Both the position numbers and the translations under genes were made by a program. 64,000 nucleotides of DNA, from positions 1,280,001 through 1,344,000 of the forward strand of contig OY776562.1 of NCBI GenBank assembly GCA_963675785.1. The letters run 5' to 3'. The number at the start of each line of letters is the position of its first letter. Position 1 is the first letter of the stretch. Of the stretch, positions 30,362 through 39,885 are shown piece by piece. A model generated the notes under the pieces. The model searched no databases, was not told the origin of the DNA, and was given only the letters and a program-made list of their open reading frames with translations. Origin of the DNA: Anaerolineae bacterium. Lineage in GTDB: Bacteria; Chloroflexota; Anaerolineae; UBA1429.

Positions 30362-31495
30362 ATGGCAAAAGCAGAGGTTTATTTTACTGATTTCCGCACG
30401 TTGACCTTTGGTGATGGACTGCCCACCAAGCTCAAGAGACTGATTAAAAAGGCTGGCATCGATCAGATCGACATGGATGGCAAGTTCGTGGCCATCAAGA
30501 TGCACTTTGGAGAGATGGGCAACATCAGCTACTTGCGCCCCAATTACGCCCGAGCCGTGGTCGACGTGATCAAAGAACTGGGCGGCAAGCCTTTTCTGAC
30601 GGACTGCAACACCATGTACCCCGGCAGCCGCAAAAACGCTTTGGAGCATTTGGAATGCGCCTGGGAGAACGGTTTCACGCCCCTCACGGTGGGTTGCCCT
30701 ATCATTATCGGTGACGGGCTCAAGGGCACCGACGATATCGCCGTGCCGGTGGTAGGTGGCGAATACGTCGAGGAAGCCAGCATCGGGCGAGCCATTATGG
30801 ACGCGGACGTGTTCATCAGCCTGACCCATTTCAAGGGGCACGAGATGACCGGCTTTGGCGGCACCATCAAGAACATCGGCATGGGCTGCGGCTCTCGCGC
30901 CGGGAAAAAAGAGCAGCATAGCAGCGGCAAACCGAGCATCGTTCCGGATCTCTGCCGAGGATGTCGCAAGTGCCAGCGAGAGTGCGCCAACGACGCCCTA
31001 GAGTTCGACGACGCCACCAGAAAAATGTCGGTCAATCAGGATAACTGCGTCGGCTGCGGCCGCTGCCTGGGTGCCTGCAATTTCGACGCTATCAGGTTCA
31101 AGAATGACACGGCCAACGAGCTGCTGAACTGCCGCATGGCGGAATATACCAAGGCAGTGGTGGACGGTCGCCCCAATTTCCATATTTCGCTGATTGTAGA
31201 TGTTTCCCCCAACTGCGACTGCCACAGCGAGAACGACGCGCCCATTCTGCCTGATCTGGGTATGTTCGCCTCCTTTGACCCGCTGGCCCTGGATCAGGCC
31301 TGTGTAGACGCCTGCCTCAAGGCCGAACCGCTGCCGGGCAGCCAACTCGCTGATAACATGGCCAAGCCGAGCTTTGCCGATCATCACGACCATTTCGTCA
31401 ACTCGACGCCCGAATCCGAATGGCGCACCTGCTTGGAACATGCCGAGAAAATCGGTTTGGGCACGCGAGAGTATGAGCTCATCTTTGTTAAATAA
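30362..31495 (+). CDS. DUF362 domain Fe-S protein with 2x[4Fe-4S] ferredoxin insert
   Basis: VAIKMHFGE, THFKGH..GG.IKNIGMG, CRGCRKCQREC, CVGCGRCLGAC, PNCDC, DPLALDQAC. Confidence 0.88.
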   Translation: MAKAEVYFTDFRTLTFGDGLPTKLKRLIKKAGIDQIDMDGKFVAIKMHFGEMGNISYLRPNYARAVVDVIKELGGKPFLTDCNTMYPGSRKNALEHLECAWENGFTPLTVGCPIIIGDGLKGTDDIAVPVVGGEYVEEASIGRAIMDADVFISLTHFKGHEMTGFGGTIKNIGMGCGSRAGKKEQHSSGKPSIVPDLCRGCRKCQRECANDALEFDDATRKMSVNQDNCVGCGRCLGACNFDAIRFKNDTANELLNCRMAEYTKAVVDGRPNFHISLIVDVSPNCDCHSENDAPILPDLGMFASFDPLALDQACVDACLKAEPLPGSQLADNMAKPSFADHHDHFVNSTPESEWRTCLEHAEKIGLGTREYELIFVK

Positions 31496-31513
31496 GGCCA
31501 AAGGAAATGCTGC

Positions 31514-31888
31514 ATGTTGATCGCTCAAGTCAGTGAAAAATACGGTCTTTCAGCGGACACGCTACGCTATTACGAGCGGATCGGCTTGTTGCCCCATATC
31601 ACCCGCACACCGGGCGGCATCCGCGATTATTCAGAGGAGGATTGCCACTGGGTGGAGCACATCAAGTGCATGCGTAGCGCGGGGGTTTCCATCGAAACGC
31701 TGGTTGAATACGTCTCGCTGTTCTATCAGGGAGACTCGACGATACAGCAGCGCAAGCAGCTCTTGTTAGCGCAGCGCCAGCAAATTGTGGATCGCATCGA
31801 TGAGCTGAATCAAGCCCTGCTAAAGTTGGATTGCAAAATAGAGGGCTATGAAGAGCACATGCTCAAGCGTGAGGAAAAGCTCAGGTAA
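31514..31888 (+). CDS. MerR-family regulator, AdhR/NmlR-like
   Basis: GLSADTLRYYERIGL, GIRDYSEED, conserved Cys in IKCMRSAG. Confidence 0.9.
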   Translation: MLIAQVSEKYGLSADTLRYYERIGLLPHITRTPGGIRDYSEEDCHWVEHIKCMRSAGVSIETLVEYVSLFYQGDSTIQQRKQLLLAQRQQIVDRIDELNQALLKLDCKIEGYEEHMLKREEKLR

Positions 31889-31892
31889 AGCC

Positions 31893-31927
31893 AGGGGGGA
31901 CGTATTGGCATGAATACGTCCCCCCTT
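31893..31927 (+). terminator. Terminator hairpin after merR
   Basis: AGGGGGGACGTATT-N6-AATACGTCCCCCCT. Confidence 0.7.
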
Positions 31928-31948
31928 GTACTCCCTCACCTCTCTCCA

Positions 31949-31976
31949 TTGACAACCCCCTCCTCAGCCCTACAAT
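31949..31976 (+). promoter_or_regulatory. sigma70-like promoter
   Basis: TTGACA-16 nt-TACAAT. Confidence 0.6.
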
Positions 31977-32004
31977 GGCGCCGTAGCCCAAAAGAGGAGG
32001 CCCC

Positions 32005-32082
32005 ATGAAATATGCCCTGTCTCGTCACCCCTACTTTGTCCGTTGGGTCAAAAATCCCAACCCATCCACAATGAGCGTATAG
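32005..32082 (+). pseudogene. 25-codon ORF matching the N-terminus of the Ogl-like propeller family (gene remnant or leader peptide)
   Basis: AGAGGAGG RBS then MKYALSRHPYFVRWVKNPNPSTMSV*; LSRHPYFVRW vs LSEHPYFVRW in the 38735-39865 protein. Confidence 0.6.
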
Positions 32083-32085
32083 CAC

Positions 32086-32832
32086 GTGCGAAAGACACCC
32101 CTCATCCCCCTGCCCGGGGGCACCTTGCTCATGGGCACACCCGCGGTCGCCCTCGACGGCCTGATGCGCACCTATGGCATCGGCCACCGCGAGATTCTGC
32201 TGCCAGAGACGCCCCAACATCGTGTAGAGATTGCCCCCTTTAGCTTACAGGCTTACCCGGTCACCAACAGCCAGTACGCTACCTTTGTAACCGCCAACCC
32301 CACCTGGGCGCCGGGGAACATAGCCCCCGAGCTGCACAATGGCCTCTATCTGGTACACTGGACGGATGGCGTTTGCCCGCCGCAGCTGGCCGATCACCCC
32401 GTCACCCACGTGAGCTGGTTCGCGGCCCGGGCCTATGCCGCCTGGTTGGGGCTGCGTTTGCCCACCGAAGCCGAATGGGAATACGCCGCCCGCACCAACC
32501 GCCCACAAGCCGAGTTCCCCTGGGGCAATGAACCGCCCAGCAAAGCCCGCGCCAATTACGCGAATCAGGTGGGCGGCACCACGCCGATAGGCAGTTACCC
32601 AGCCACCCCCTGGGGCCTTTACGATCTGGCCGGCAACGTTTGGGAATACTGCCAGGATCTCTGGTTCGAGCACCATGACCGCTCTAACGGTGCTAGCGAC
32701 CTCGCACGCCGCGCCATTCGCGGCGGAAGCTGGCAGGGCCAGCCCGTCAATCTGCGCCTCACCTACCGAGACAGCCATCCGGCCCTGGGCGCCAGCCCCG
32801 TAGTGGGTTTTCGCTGCGCCGCAGACCTGTAG
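32086..32832 (+). CDS. FGE-sulfatase domain protein (SUMF1/EgtB/PvdO-like fold)
   Basis: ETPQHRV, PVTNSQY, HPVTHVSW, RLPTEAEWEYAAR, GLYDLAGNVWEY, RGGSW, GFRCA. Confidence 0.88.
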   Translation: MRKTPLIPLPGGTLLMGTPAVALDGLMRTYGIGHREILLPETPQHRVEIAPFSLQAYPVTNSQYATFVTANPTWAPGNIAPELHNGLYLVHWTDGVCPPQLADHPVTHVSWFAARAYAAWLGLRLPTEAEWEYAARTNRPQAEFPWGNEPPSKARANYANQVGGTTPIGSYPATPWGLYDLAGNVWEYCQDLWFEHHDRSNGASDLARRAIRGGSWQGQPVNLRLTYRDSHPALGASPVVGFRCAADL

Positions 32833-32849
32833 CAAATCCCCTTGTCATG

Positions 32850-32927
32850 GTATTTAGACAATCATCTAAATAGATTTGACAGCCCTTGCCTTTTCCATAG
32901 AATCTATTTAGATGGTTGTCTAAATAC
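32850..32927 (+). promoter_or_regulatory. Two palindromic ArsR/SdpR operator boxes flanking a sigma70 promoter
   Basis: TATTTAGA-N6-TCTAAATA at 32851-72 and 32905-26; TTGACA (32876-81)-16-TAGAAT (32898-903) between them. Confidence 0.8.
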
Positions 32928-32943
32928 TGGATCGGAGGTGTGA

Positions 32944-33228
32944 ATGGCTTTTCCAGAGACGTTTCGGGCGCTCTCGGACCCGGTGCGGCGCAAGATTCTG
33001 GTGTTACTCAAGGATGGCAGGCTCTCGGCCGGCGAGATCGGCGAGCACTTTGACCTGACCGGCGCCACCATCTCTTACCACCTGGCTCAGCTCAAAAAGG
33101 CCGATCTGGTGTTTGAGACCCACTATAAGAATTATGTCTACTATGAGATCAACATGTCCGTATTCGAAGAGGTGATGCTCTGGTTTTCCCAGTTCAATGC
33201 CGAGGATAAAGATGAAGAGAAACAATAA
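32944..33228 (+). CDS. sdpR: ArsR-family autorepressor, SdpR-like
   Basis: TFRALSDPVRRKIL.LLK.G.LSAGEI..HF..TGATISYHL..LKKADLV..YKNYVYYE..SVFEEVM.W. Confidence 0.8.
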   Translation: MAFPETFRALSDPVRRKILVLLKDGRLSAGEIGEHFDLTGATISYHLAQLKKADLVFETHYKNYVYYEINMSVFEEVMLWFSQFNAEDKDEEKQ

Positions 33229-33862
33229 AATGGTGCTCCTCAGTACCCTGATTTGCCTGCTGCCCATGCTCCTGTCTTGGGCCCTTTATGACCAGCTACC
33301 GGATCAAGTCGCCATCCATTTCGATGCTGCTGGCAACGCAGATAACTATTTGCCCAAGGCCTGGGCTGCTTTTGGGCTGCCTATGCTCATGGCGCTTATC
33401 AATCTCTATACCTATTTCAGGCTGATCAACGACCCAAAAGTGGAGAACGCCTCGTCCCAACTCAGACAGATCACAAAGTGGCTCGTACCTGTTCTTTCCA
33501 TCATCATTATTCCCGTCATGTTGTTCATGGCCATGGGCGTAAGCGTGCCCATCTCTTTGTTGGGTTCAGCAGTAGCCGGCGTGGTCATTGTCTTGACCGG
33601 CAACTATTTGCCCAAGTGCAGGCGCAACTATACCGTGGGCATCAAGCTCCCCTGGACCTTGGACAGTGAGGAGAATTGGAACAAGACCCACCGCTTTGCT
33701 GGTTATATCTGGGTCATCGGCGGCTTGGTCATCATCGTAAGTTCCTTTTTCTCAGCATGGTACGTTCTGCTGGCCGTCATCGCCTTACTCGTCGTGTGCC
33801 CCATCGTCTACTCGTATGCCTTTTATAAAAACAGCACCCACAGCGACCTCGAAACATCCTGA
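33212..33862 (+). CDS. sdpI: SdpI-family immunity membrane protein (DUF1648 plus SdpI)
   Basis: LPDQVAIHFD..G.AD, GNYLPK.RRNYTVGIKLPWTL.SEENWNKTHRFAG. Confidence 0.85.
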   Translation: MKRNNKMVLLSTLICLLPMLLSWALYDQLPDQVAIHFDAAGNADNYLPKAWAAFGLPMLMALINLYTYFRLINDPKVENASSQLRQITKWLVPVLSIIIIPVMLFMAMGVSVPISLLGSAVAGVVIVLTGNYLPKCRRNYTVGIKLPWTLDSEENWNKTHRFAGYIWVIGGLVIIVSSFFSAWYVLLAVIALLVVCPIVYSYAFYKNSTHSDLETS

Positions 33863-33879
33863 GCCAACGTTCAAAATAG

Positions 33880-33905
33880 AGGGAGACGGTTTCGTCTCCC
33901 TTTTT
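33880..33905 (+). terminator. Intrinsic terminator
   Basis: AGGGAGACG-GTTT-CGTCTCCC-TTTTT. Confidence 0.75.
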
Positions 33906-33988
33906 CAATATCTCCCAACCTCGCTGCTCACCCCACGTGCTGTGTTATACTGGGCTCAGGTATCCCATCACAGTGAGAGGAGCATGTC

Positions 33989-34831
33989 GTGCTCACCGAA
34001 CAGTTCCAAATCATCTTGCAGAACGCCATCCAACTGCTGCCCCGCATCGTCGCCGCCGTGGTGGTTTTTGTGCTGGGAGTGGTGTTGGCCAATGCCGCTG
34101 CCTCAGCCATCAAACGAACCGCAAGTAAGCGCATCGAGCACCCCGAGACGGTCAACGTCCTAAGTCGGCTGGTTCGCTGGGCCATCATCGCCCTGGCCGC
34201 CGTCATCGCCCTCGATCAGGTCAATTTTGACGTCACCGCCTTTCTCACTGGTTTGGGGATAGCGGGCGTTACCATCGGCTTTGCCCTGCAAGATATCGCC
34301 CAAAACTTTGTGGCGGGCATCATCCTGCTTCTGCGCCGACCGTTCTGCATCGGCCAGGCTGTGAATATCGCCGGATTCTCGGGTTCCGTCCTCGATGTCC
34401 AGGTGCGCGATACCACCATCCGCACCTGGGATGGCGAGGTGGTAGTGCTGCCCAATAAACAAGTGCTCAGCGAGCCCATCACCAATTATTCACAGAGCGA
34501 CAACCGCCGCCGCACCATCATCGTGGGCCTCAGCTATGAGCAAGACCTCGACCAAATCAAGGAAACCCTACTGCAAACCGTGTCCTCGGTAGAGGGTGTG
34601 CTGCAGGATCCCGCGCCCATGCTGCATGGTGAAGAGTTGGGCGATTACACCGTCAACGTGGCCATTCGCTTTTGGCTCAACCAGCGCACCCACAGCCTGC
34701 TCGATGTCCACTCGGACGTGGTGTTTGCCATTCAAAAGGTCGCCCGCGAGCGCGGCATCGATCTGCCCTATCCCATTCAGGTGGTGCACCTGCCCGATAT
34801 GACCTCGGCCTCCAAGCCAGCCACCGAATAA
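33989..34831 (+). CDS. mscS: Small-conductance mechanosensitive channel
   Basis: GIAGVTIGFALQDIAQNFVAGI..L.RPF.IG, T.IRTWDG..V.LPN, ITNYS, GIDLPYP. Confidence 0.9.
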   Translation: MLTEQFQIILQNAIQLLPRIVAAVVVFVLGVVLANAAASAIKRTASKRIEHPETVNVLSRLVRWAIIALAAVIALDQVNFDVTAFLTGLGIAGVTIGFALQDIAQNFVAGIILLLRRPFCIGQAVNIAGFSGSVLDVQVRDTTIRTWDGEVVVLPNKQVLSEPITNYSQSDNRRRTIIVGLSYEQDLDQIKETLLQTVSSVEGVLQDPAPMLHGEELGDYTVNVAIRFWLNQRTHSLLDVHSDVVFAIQKVARERGIDLPYPIQVVHLPDMTSASKPATE

Positions 34832-34832
34832 C

Positions 34833-34870
34833 AAAAAGGGGGAGACGCGAATGCATCTCCCCTTCTCTTT
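34833..34870. terminator. Bidirectional terminator between convergent genes
   Basis: AAAAAGGGGGAGA..TCTCCCCTTCTCTTT. Confidence 0.65.
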
Positions 34871-34880
34871 CCTCGCTCGC

Positions 34881-37151
34881 TTAGTCCAAGTTCAGCATGA
34901 CCTCGGTGGTACCAGCGGGCACCGCAACCCTGCTTCCGCCCACCGCCGTCACCGCCCAGGGGTAATCGGCCCTGTCCACCTTCACGTGGATGACCTGGCC
35001 GCTACGCAGCGCCGTCACCGTCTGGCTGGCCTGGCCCAGGTTGTCATAGGCCGTAAAGCTGACGCTGGCGCCGTCCGCCAACGCATAGAGGTGATAGTCG
35101 ATACCGTCGAGGTAGTTGTAATCGGCGTTATCGTCATGGCTGCCGTAGGGAATAATGCTATTGGGCCGGGCCAGCACCGGCAGTTCGAAATAGGTGCAAA
35201 CGTGCTCTTGCCAGCCGCCGCTGTAGGCCACCTCATCCAGAATGTTGATCCAGGTGCCTTGGGGTAGATAATAGCTGGCCAAGCTCTGGTCGTTAAAGAT
35301 AGGCGCCACCAACAGGCTGCCGCCCAGCATGTACTGACGATCCAGATAGCGGCAAGCGGGATCATCCTGGTATTCCAGCAGCATGGGTCGCAGCAGGGGC
35401 ACGCCCGTCTTGTGGGCCTCCACCGCACCCGCGAACAGGTAGGGCATCAGCCGGCATTTCAATTGGGTGAACTGGCGCAACACCTCGCTGGCCTCTTCAC
35501 CAAAAGCCCAGGGCACACGCTGGGTGCTGCTGCCGTGCAAGCGGCTGTGGGTCGAGAGCAGGCCAAAGGCCACCCAACGTTTGAACAGATCGGGCGTAGC
35601 CGTAGCCTCAAACCCGCCAATATCGTGGCTCCAAAAGGCAAACCCCGAGAGCGCCAACGACAGCCCACCACGCAGGTCCTCGGCCATCGATTCATAGGTA
35701 GCCGTACAATCGCCACCCCAGTGAATGGGAAAGCGCTGGCTGCCGGTGGTGGCACTGCGGGCAAACAGCACCGCCTGGCCCTCGCCTTTGTAGGTTTCCA
35801 GCAGCTCGAACACCACCTTGTTATAGAGGTAGGTGTAATAGTTGTGCATCATGGCGGGGTCCGAGCCATCGCACCAGACGATGCCCTTGACCGGGATGCG
35901 CTCGCCGAAATCGGTCTTGAAACAGTCCACGCCCATGTCCAGCAGGGCCCGCAATTTATCCTGATACCAGCGGCAGGCCGCCGGGTTGGTGAAATCCACC
36001 AGGCCCATGCCCGCCTGCCACAAATCCCACTGCCACACGTCGCCATTGGTGCGTTTGACCAGATAGCCGTTGGCCGCGCCCTCGTCGAACAGCGGCGAGA
36101 GTTGAGCAATATAAGGGTTAATCCAGACGCAATTCTTGAGCCCTTTGTCGTGGTTGCGCGCCAACATACCCACAGGATCGGGGAAAGTGCGCCCATCGAA
36201 CTCGAAATCACACCATTGGAACTCGCGCATCCAAAAGCAATCATAGTGGAACACCTGCAGGGGAATATCTCGCGCCTTCATGCCGTCGATCATGGCGCTG
36301 GTGGTGGTCTCGTCATAATTGGTGGTGAACGAGGTCGAGAGCCACAGGCCAAACGACCAGGCCGGGGGCAACGCGGGCTTGCCCGAGAGCGTGGTATAGC
36401 GGCTGAGCACATCCTTGAGTGCCGGGCCATCGATGATGTAATACTCTAGCTCTTCGTCGGGCACCGAGAATTGCACCTTGGAGACCACCTCCGAGCCCAC
36501 TTCAAAGCTCACATAGCCGCTGTGACCCACCAACACGCCATAGCCCCGGTCAGAAAGATAAAAGGGAATATTCTTGTAGGCCTGCGCCGTGCAGGTGCCG
36601 CCATCCTCCTGCCAAATGTCCACCACCTGACCGTTCTTCACATAGGGGGTAAAACGCTCTCCCATGCCGTACACATTCTCGCCCACGGCCAAATCCAGCA
36701 TCTCGCGCAGATAGTGGCCGCCGCCCTCTTGCTCGATATAGGCCAGGCTGCCATCGCGAGCGGAGGTCAGCAGTTTGTCACCGTGGTAAAAGCGAATGCC
36801 CCAGCCACCGGTCTTGTCCACTTTGGCTCGCAGCGCTCCGCTACGCAGCACAGCGTGAGTCTCGTCCTCACTAACGGTCACCTGTGGTGCTTCATCCTCC
36901 AACGCGAACATCGGCCTCTTGGCGGCGCTGCCCTTGTGATGCACGGCCTTGACGCAAATGACGCCCTCTAACGGCGAAGAGAGTTCCACCGTCAGCACCG
37001 GCAGATTGAGGGTATCGCCGCGATGCTGTATCACCTTGGTCGGGGCGATGACCGTCAACGTATCATCTGTCAGTCGCACATCGTAAGCTTGTGCTGCCTT
37101 GTGAAGGGTAAATCCTTCGGCCACTCGCCACATGCCGTTCAGAAACTTCAT
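34881..37151 (-). CDS. yicI: Alpha-xylosidase, GH31
   Basis: MKFLNGMW, YGMGERFT, WSFGLWLSTSF, DCFWMREFQWCDF, FKTDFGERIP, HWGGD, WSHDIGGF. Confidence 0.92.
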   Translation of the reverse strand: MKFLNGMWRVAEGFTLHKAAQAYDVRLTDDTLTVIAPTKVIQHRGDTLNLPVLTVELSSPLEGVICVKAVHHKGSAAKRPMFALEDEAPQVTVSEDETHAVLRSGALRAKVDKTGGWGIRFYHGDKLLTSARDGSLAYIEQEGGGHYLREMLDLAVGENVYGMGERFTPYVKNGQVVDIWQEDGGTCTAQAYKNIPFYLSDRGYGVLVGHSGYVSFEVGSEVVSKVQFSVPDEELEYYIIDGPALKDVLSRYTTLSGKPALPPAWSFGLWLSTSFTTNYDETTTSAMIDGMKARDIPLQVFHYDCFWMREFQWCDFEFDGRTFPDPVGMLARNHDKGLKNCVWINPYIAQLSPLFDEGAANGYLVKRTNGDVWQWDLWQAGMGLVDFTNPAACRWYQDKLRALLDMGVDCFKTDFGERIPVKGIVWCDGSDPAMMHNYYTYLYNKVVFELLETYKGEGQAVLFARSATTGSQRFPIHWGGDCTATYESMAEDLRGGLSLALSGFAFWSHDIGGFEATATPDLFKRWVAFGLLSTHSRLHGSSTQRVPWAFGEEASEVLRQFTQLKCRLMPYLFAGAVEAHKTGVPLLRPMLLEYQDDPACRYLDRQYMLGGSLLVAPIFNDQSLASYYLPQGTWINILDEVAYSGGWQEHVCTYFELPVLARPNSIIPYGSHDDNADYNYLDGIDYHLYALADGASVSFTAYDNLGQASQTVTALRSGQVIHVKVDRADYPWAVTAVGGSRVAVPAGTTEVMLNLD

Positions 37152-37340
37152 CGTGCTCGCTCCATCTTCGCTTGCCAGGTGCTATACGGATCAAGTGTAT
37201 AATCAGGTGAGGCCATCATACGCCAGAGCTGATTTGCAGCAAAGAGCGTCAAAAGCACAAGCACACCCCCTGCCACACTTGACCGAATGGGGCATTGCGC
37301 TTACCTTGTCACTCCATCGAATACACACACTGAGGAATGT

Positions 37341-38657
37341 ATGACAAACTCTCGCCTGTCGCGGCCTGAACGTCTGCCAACCAGCTACGCGCGTAACTAT
37401 ATCGCTATGGCCTCCGACGGCATTTTTTTCGAGATCGGCGCCGCACTGATCAGCATGACCACAGTCATTCCTGCCTTTGTCGATGCCCTGGGCGGCTCAG
37501 CTTCGCTGGTGGGCTTGATCAGCGGCCTCTCCAACGGCGCTTGGTTGCTGCCTCAGCTCCTTGTGGCCAATCTTGTGGCCCGTTACGACCGGCGCAAGCC
37601 CCTCATCATGTGGGCCGCCTGGCTCAGCCGCCCGTTGTTCTTTGTCTTTGCAGCACTAGTCATGCTGCTGGCCGAGAGCCATGCGCAGCTCTTGCTGGGG
37701 CTGTTGGTAGCCACCATCTGTGTGTTCTATATCTGCGATTCGTATGTCTCGCTGCCCTGGATGGATCTCCTCAGTGTCGCCATCCCCGAACGGCGTCGCG
37801 GCCGTCTGCTCGGTACCTATCAGGTGTTAGGGGGGCTTGGCGGCGTCATTATGGGCACGGTCGTGAATCGCATCCTCGCTGCGGACAGCCGCTGGGGCTT
37901 TCCAGAAAACTATGCCCTCATTTTTGGCCTGGCCTCGTTGGGCTTTGTGATTGCGGGCGCGGCTCTCTCTTTTGTGCGCGAGCCTGAAGGCTGCTATCCC
38001 AAAGCCAACACACCCAGCATTCTGGAAACACTGCGCCGCATCCCCGGGATCCTCAAAGAGGATCGCGCTTTTTTTCGCCTCATTCTGGTCAAGGTCATCG
38101 CCGGCTTTGTTTCCATGGCCAGCTCTTTCTATGTGCTCTATGCGGTGCGCCTGGGCGGCTTGAATATCGCCTCGACCGGCCTGCTCATGTCGGCTCAGGT
38201 CGCCGGCACTATCGCCGCTGGCCTGTTGATCTCGGTCGTACAGGATGCGCGCGGTCCGCTCTACCACATCCGGCTCGTCTGTATTCTGGCCATCGTGCCA
38301 CCCGCCGCCGCATTGGCCCTGTCCATGGCCTCTGGGCAATTTCAGGCACCCTTGTCGGTCTATATGGTCCTCTTTTTCGTGTTGGGACTGGCGATCAGTT
38401 CCTTCGGCTGGCCATTCTACAATTGGATCATCGAGCGTGCTTCCGCCGAGAATCGCCCTCTCTACATTGGCACCATCAATACCCTGTCAGCATTCACAAT
38501 GCTGGCTCCTATGGTTGGTGGCCTACTGGTGGATGCCATTTCCTATGAAGCCGTGTTCATCGCCGCCGGGTCTGCTGCCCTGCTCGCTTTGCTGCTTAGT
38601 CTGAGCTTGCCCACCACACGCCCCAAGCAGCCCACTGCCAATGAGGCGGCTGAGTAA
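37341..38657 (+). CDS. MFS transporter
   Basis: About 12 TM; IPERRRGRLLG, ENRPLYIG loops; GAGGA RBS. Confidence 0.85.
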   Translation: MTNSRLSRPERLPTSYARNYIAMASDGIFFEIGAALISMTTVIPAFVDALGGSASLVGLISGLSNGAWLLPQLLVANLVARYDRRKPLIMWAAWLSRPLFFVFAALVMLLAESHAQLLLGLLVATICVFYICDSYVSLPWMDLLSVAIPERRRGRLLGTYQVLGGLGGVIMGTVVNRILAADSRWGFPENYALIFGLASLGFVIAGAALSFVREPEGCYPKANTPSILETLRRIPGILKEDRAFFRLILVKVIAGFVSMASSFYVLYAVRLGGLNIASTGLLMSAQVAGTIAAGLLISVVQDARGPLYHIRLVCILAIVPPAAALALSMASGQFQAPLSVYMVLFFVLGLAISSFGWPFYNWIIERASAENRPLYIGTINTLSAFTMLAPMVGGLLVDAISYEAVFIAAGSAALLALLLSLSLPTTRPKQPTANEAAE

Positions 38658-38674
38658 TTCGTGCTCAACAAGCA

Positions 38675-38708
38675 AAAAGGGAGCCGATGACTCTATCGGC
38701 TCCCTTTT
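38675..38708. terminator. Bidirectional terminator
   Basis: AAAAGGGAGCCGAT-N6-ATCGGCTCCCTTTT. Confidence 0.8.
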
Positions 38709-38734
38709 GTCATTCAGTTCACCCCAAAACGGCG

Positions 38735-39865
38735 CTACATACGCGCTAGCACATCCTCGACGCGAGTGAGCGCCACATCCACCTTGCCGAACACTGTGGT
38801 TGTATAGATGACATACTGCCCGTCCGCCGAGAATTGCGGATGGGGATCAATGTGGTAGGCATTGCGCGGATACGGCGGCTGCGGCAATCCACTGGCAATG
38901 GCGATCTCTTTGCCAATTGTGCGATCGTAGAACAGCACCTTGCAGGGCTGTTTGGCCCATTTGTAGGGGCTTTCATCGGCGCAATAATAGCGCCGCGTGG
39001 GATCGCAATGCGAGTGGCATAACGGCCCCTGCCATACTTTAACTGCCGTGCGATCCTCTACGGTGGCCTCGAACACCCCCTGCTCGTAATCCGTCCAACA
39101 CATGGTGCCGTCGTCAGCCCACCATTCGTGGCAAGCCTGAGTGCCATGCCCAAAGTAATCGCCGCCGCGCAGCGGTTCGAACAGGTTGCCATTGATGCTC
39201 ATCAACCATATGCGCAAGTCAAAGGGGAAACGCTCGCCACTAATGCCGTCGATCCACCAGTCCTGAGCGATGGAAAACAAGCCAGGGTTCACTGGTGAGA
39301 ATTGAGCGTGGTTATAGTTCCGCCCGAACTCTTTGAGCACCTCTACCTCGCCGGTCTGGGTATCACCCAAACCCACCCACCAATGGTTGCCAATTTTGCC
39401 ATCCAGCAGAAAATAGCGTCGGTCAGCAGAAAGGGTCAGGTGCGTGGCCAAATGCCCCAGCGTACGCCCATTGATCCAGGTCTCATCCAGGGTGCACACT
39501 ACTTGCGGCTCGCCCTCCAGAGGCTGAAAGAAAACCTTGTTCTTCATAGTCAGATAGCAGCCTGGCCCGCGGGGATCGCCCACTAGGGCCACCATAGGCG
39601 ACGCATCGTCGAACTGCGCCGCGGGATAGTGGCGGACGAACGGCGCTTGCGAATCCATGCTCAGCACACCCAGTGTCTTTTGCGGGCCGGGAGGAAAAGC
39701 GGCATAGAACCAGAGGTAGCGACTATCCGCGGAGAGGCTGCGGTTGGTAAAGTAGAACGACTGCTGGTGCGGCGCAACTCGCTCTGCGAGTATATAACTG
39801 GGGACACCGGTCTCGGGATCGGTCCAGCGAACAAAATAAGGATGTTCTGACAGATTATTCTCCAT
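38735..39865 (-). CDS. Oligogalacturonate-lyase-like (PL22-like) beta-propeller
   Basis: WTDPETG, FYFTN, NHAQFSP, RIWLM, ACHEWW, CHSHC, DPHPQFS. Confidence 0.7.
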   Translation of the reverse strand: MENNLSEHPYFVRWTDPETGVPSYILAERVAPHQQSFYFTNRSLSADSRYLWFYAAFPPGPQKTLGVLSMDSQAPFVRHYPAAQFDDASPMVALVGDPRGPGCYLTMKNKVFFQPLEGEPQVVCTLDETWINGRTLGHLATHLTLSADRRYFLLDGKIGNHWWVGLGDTQTGEVEVLKEFGRNYNHAQFSPVNPGLFSIAQDWWIDGISGERFPFDLRIWLMSINGNLFEPLRGGDYFGHGTQACHEWWADDGTMCWTDYEQGVFEATVEDRTAVKVWQGPLCHSHCDPTRRYYCADESPYKWAKQPCKVLFYDRTIGKEIAIASGLPQPPYPRNAYHIDPHPQFSADGQYVIYTTTVFGKVDVALTRVEDVLARM

Positions 39866-39885
39866 GCAACGCTCCAGTACCTGCA

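Noticed and set aside
32086-32832. True formylglycine-generating enzyme maturing the sulfatase at 5461
   Set aside because: Lacks the catalytic CxxxxC after RGGS (reads RGGSWQGQPVNLR); it has the FGE fold only.
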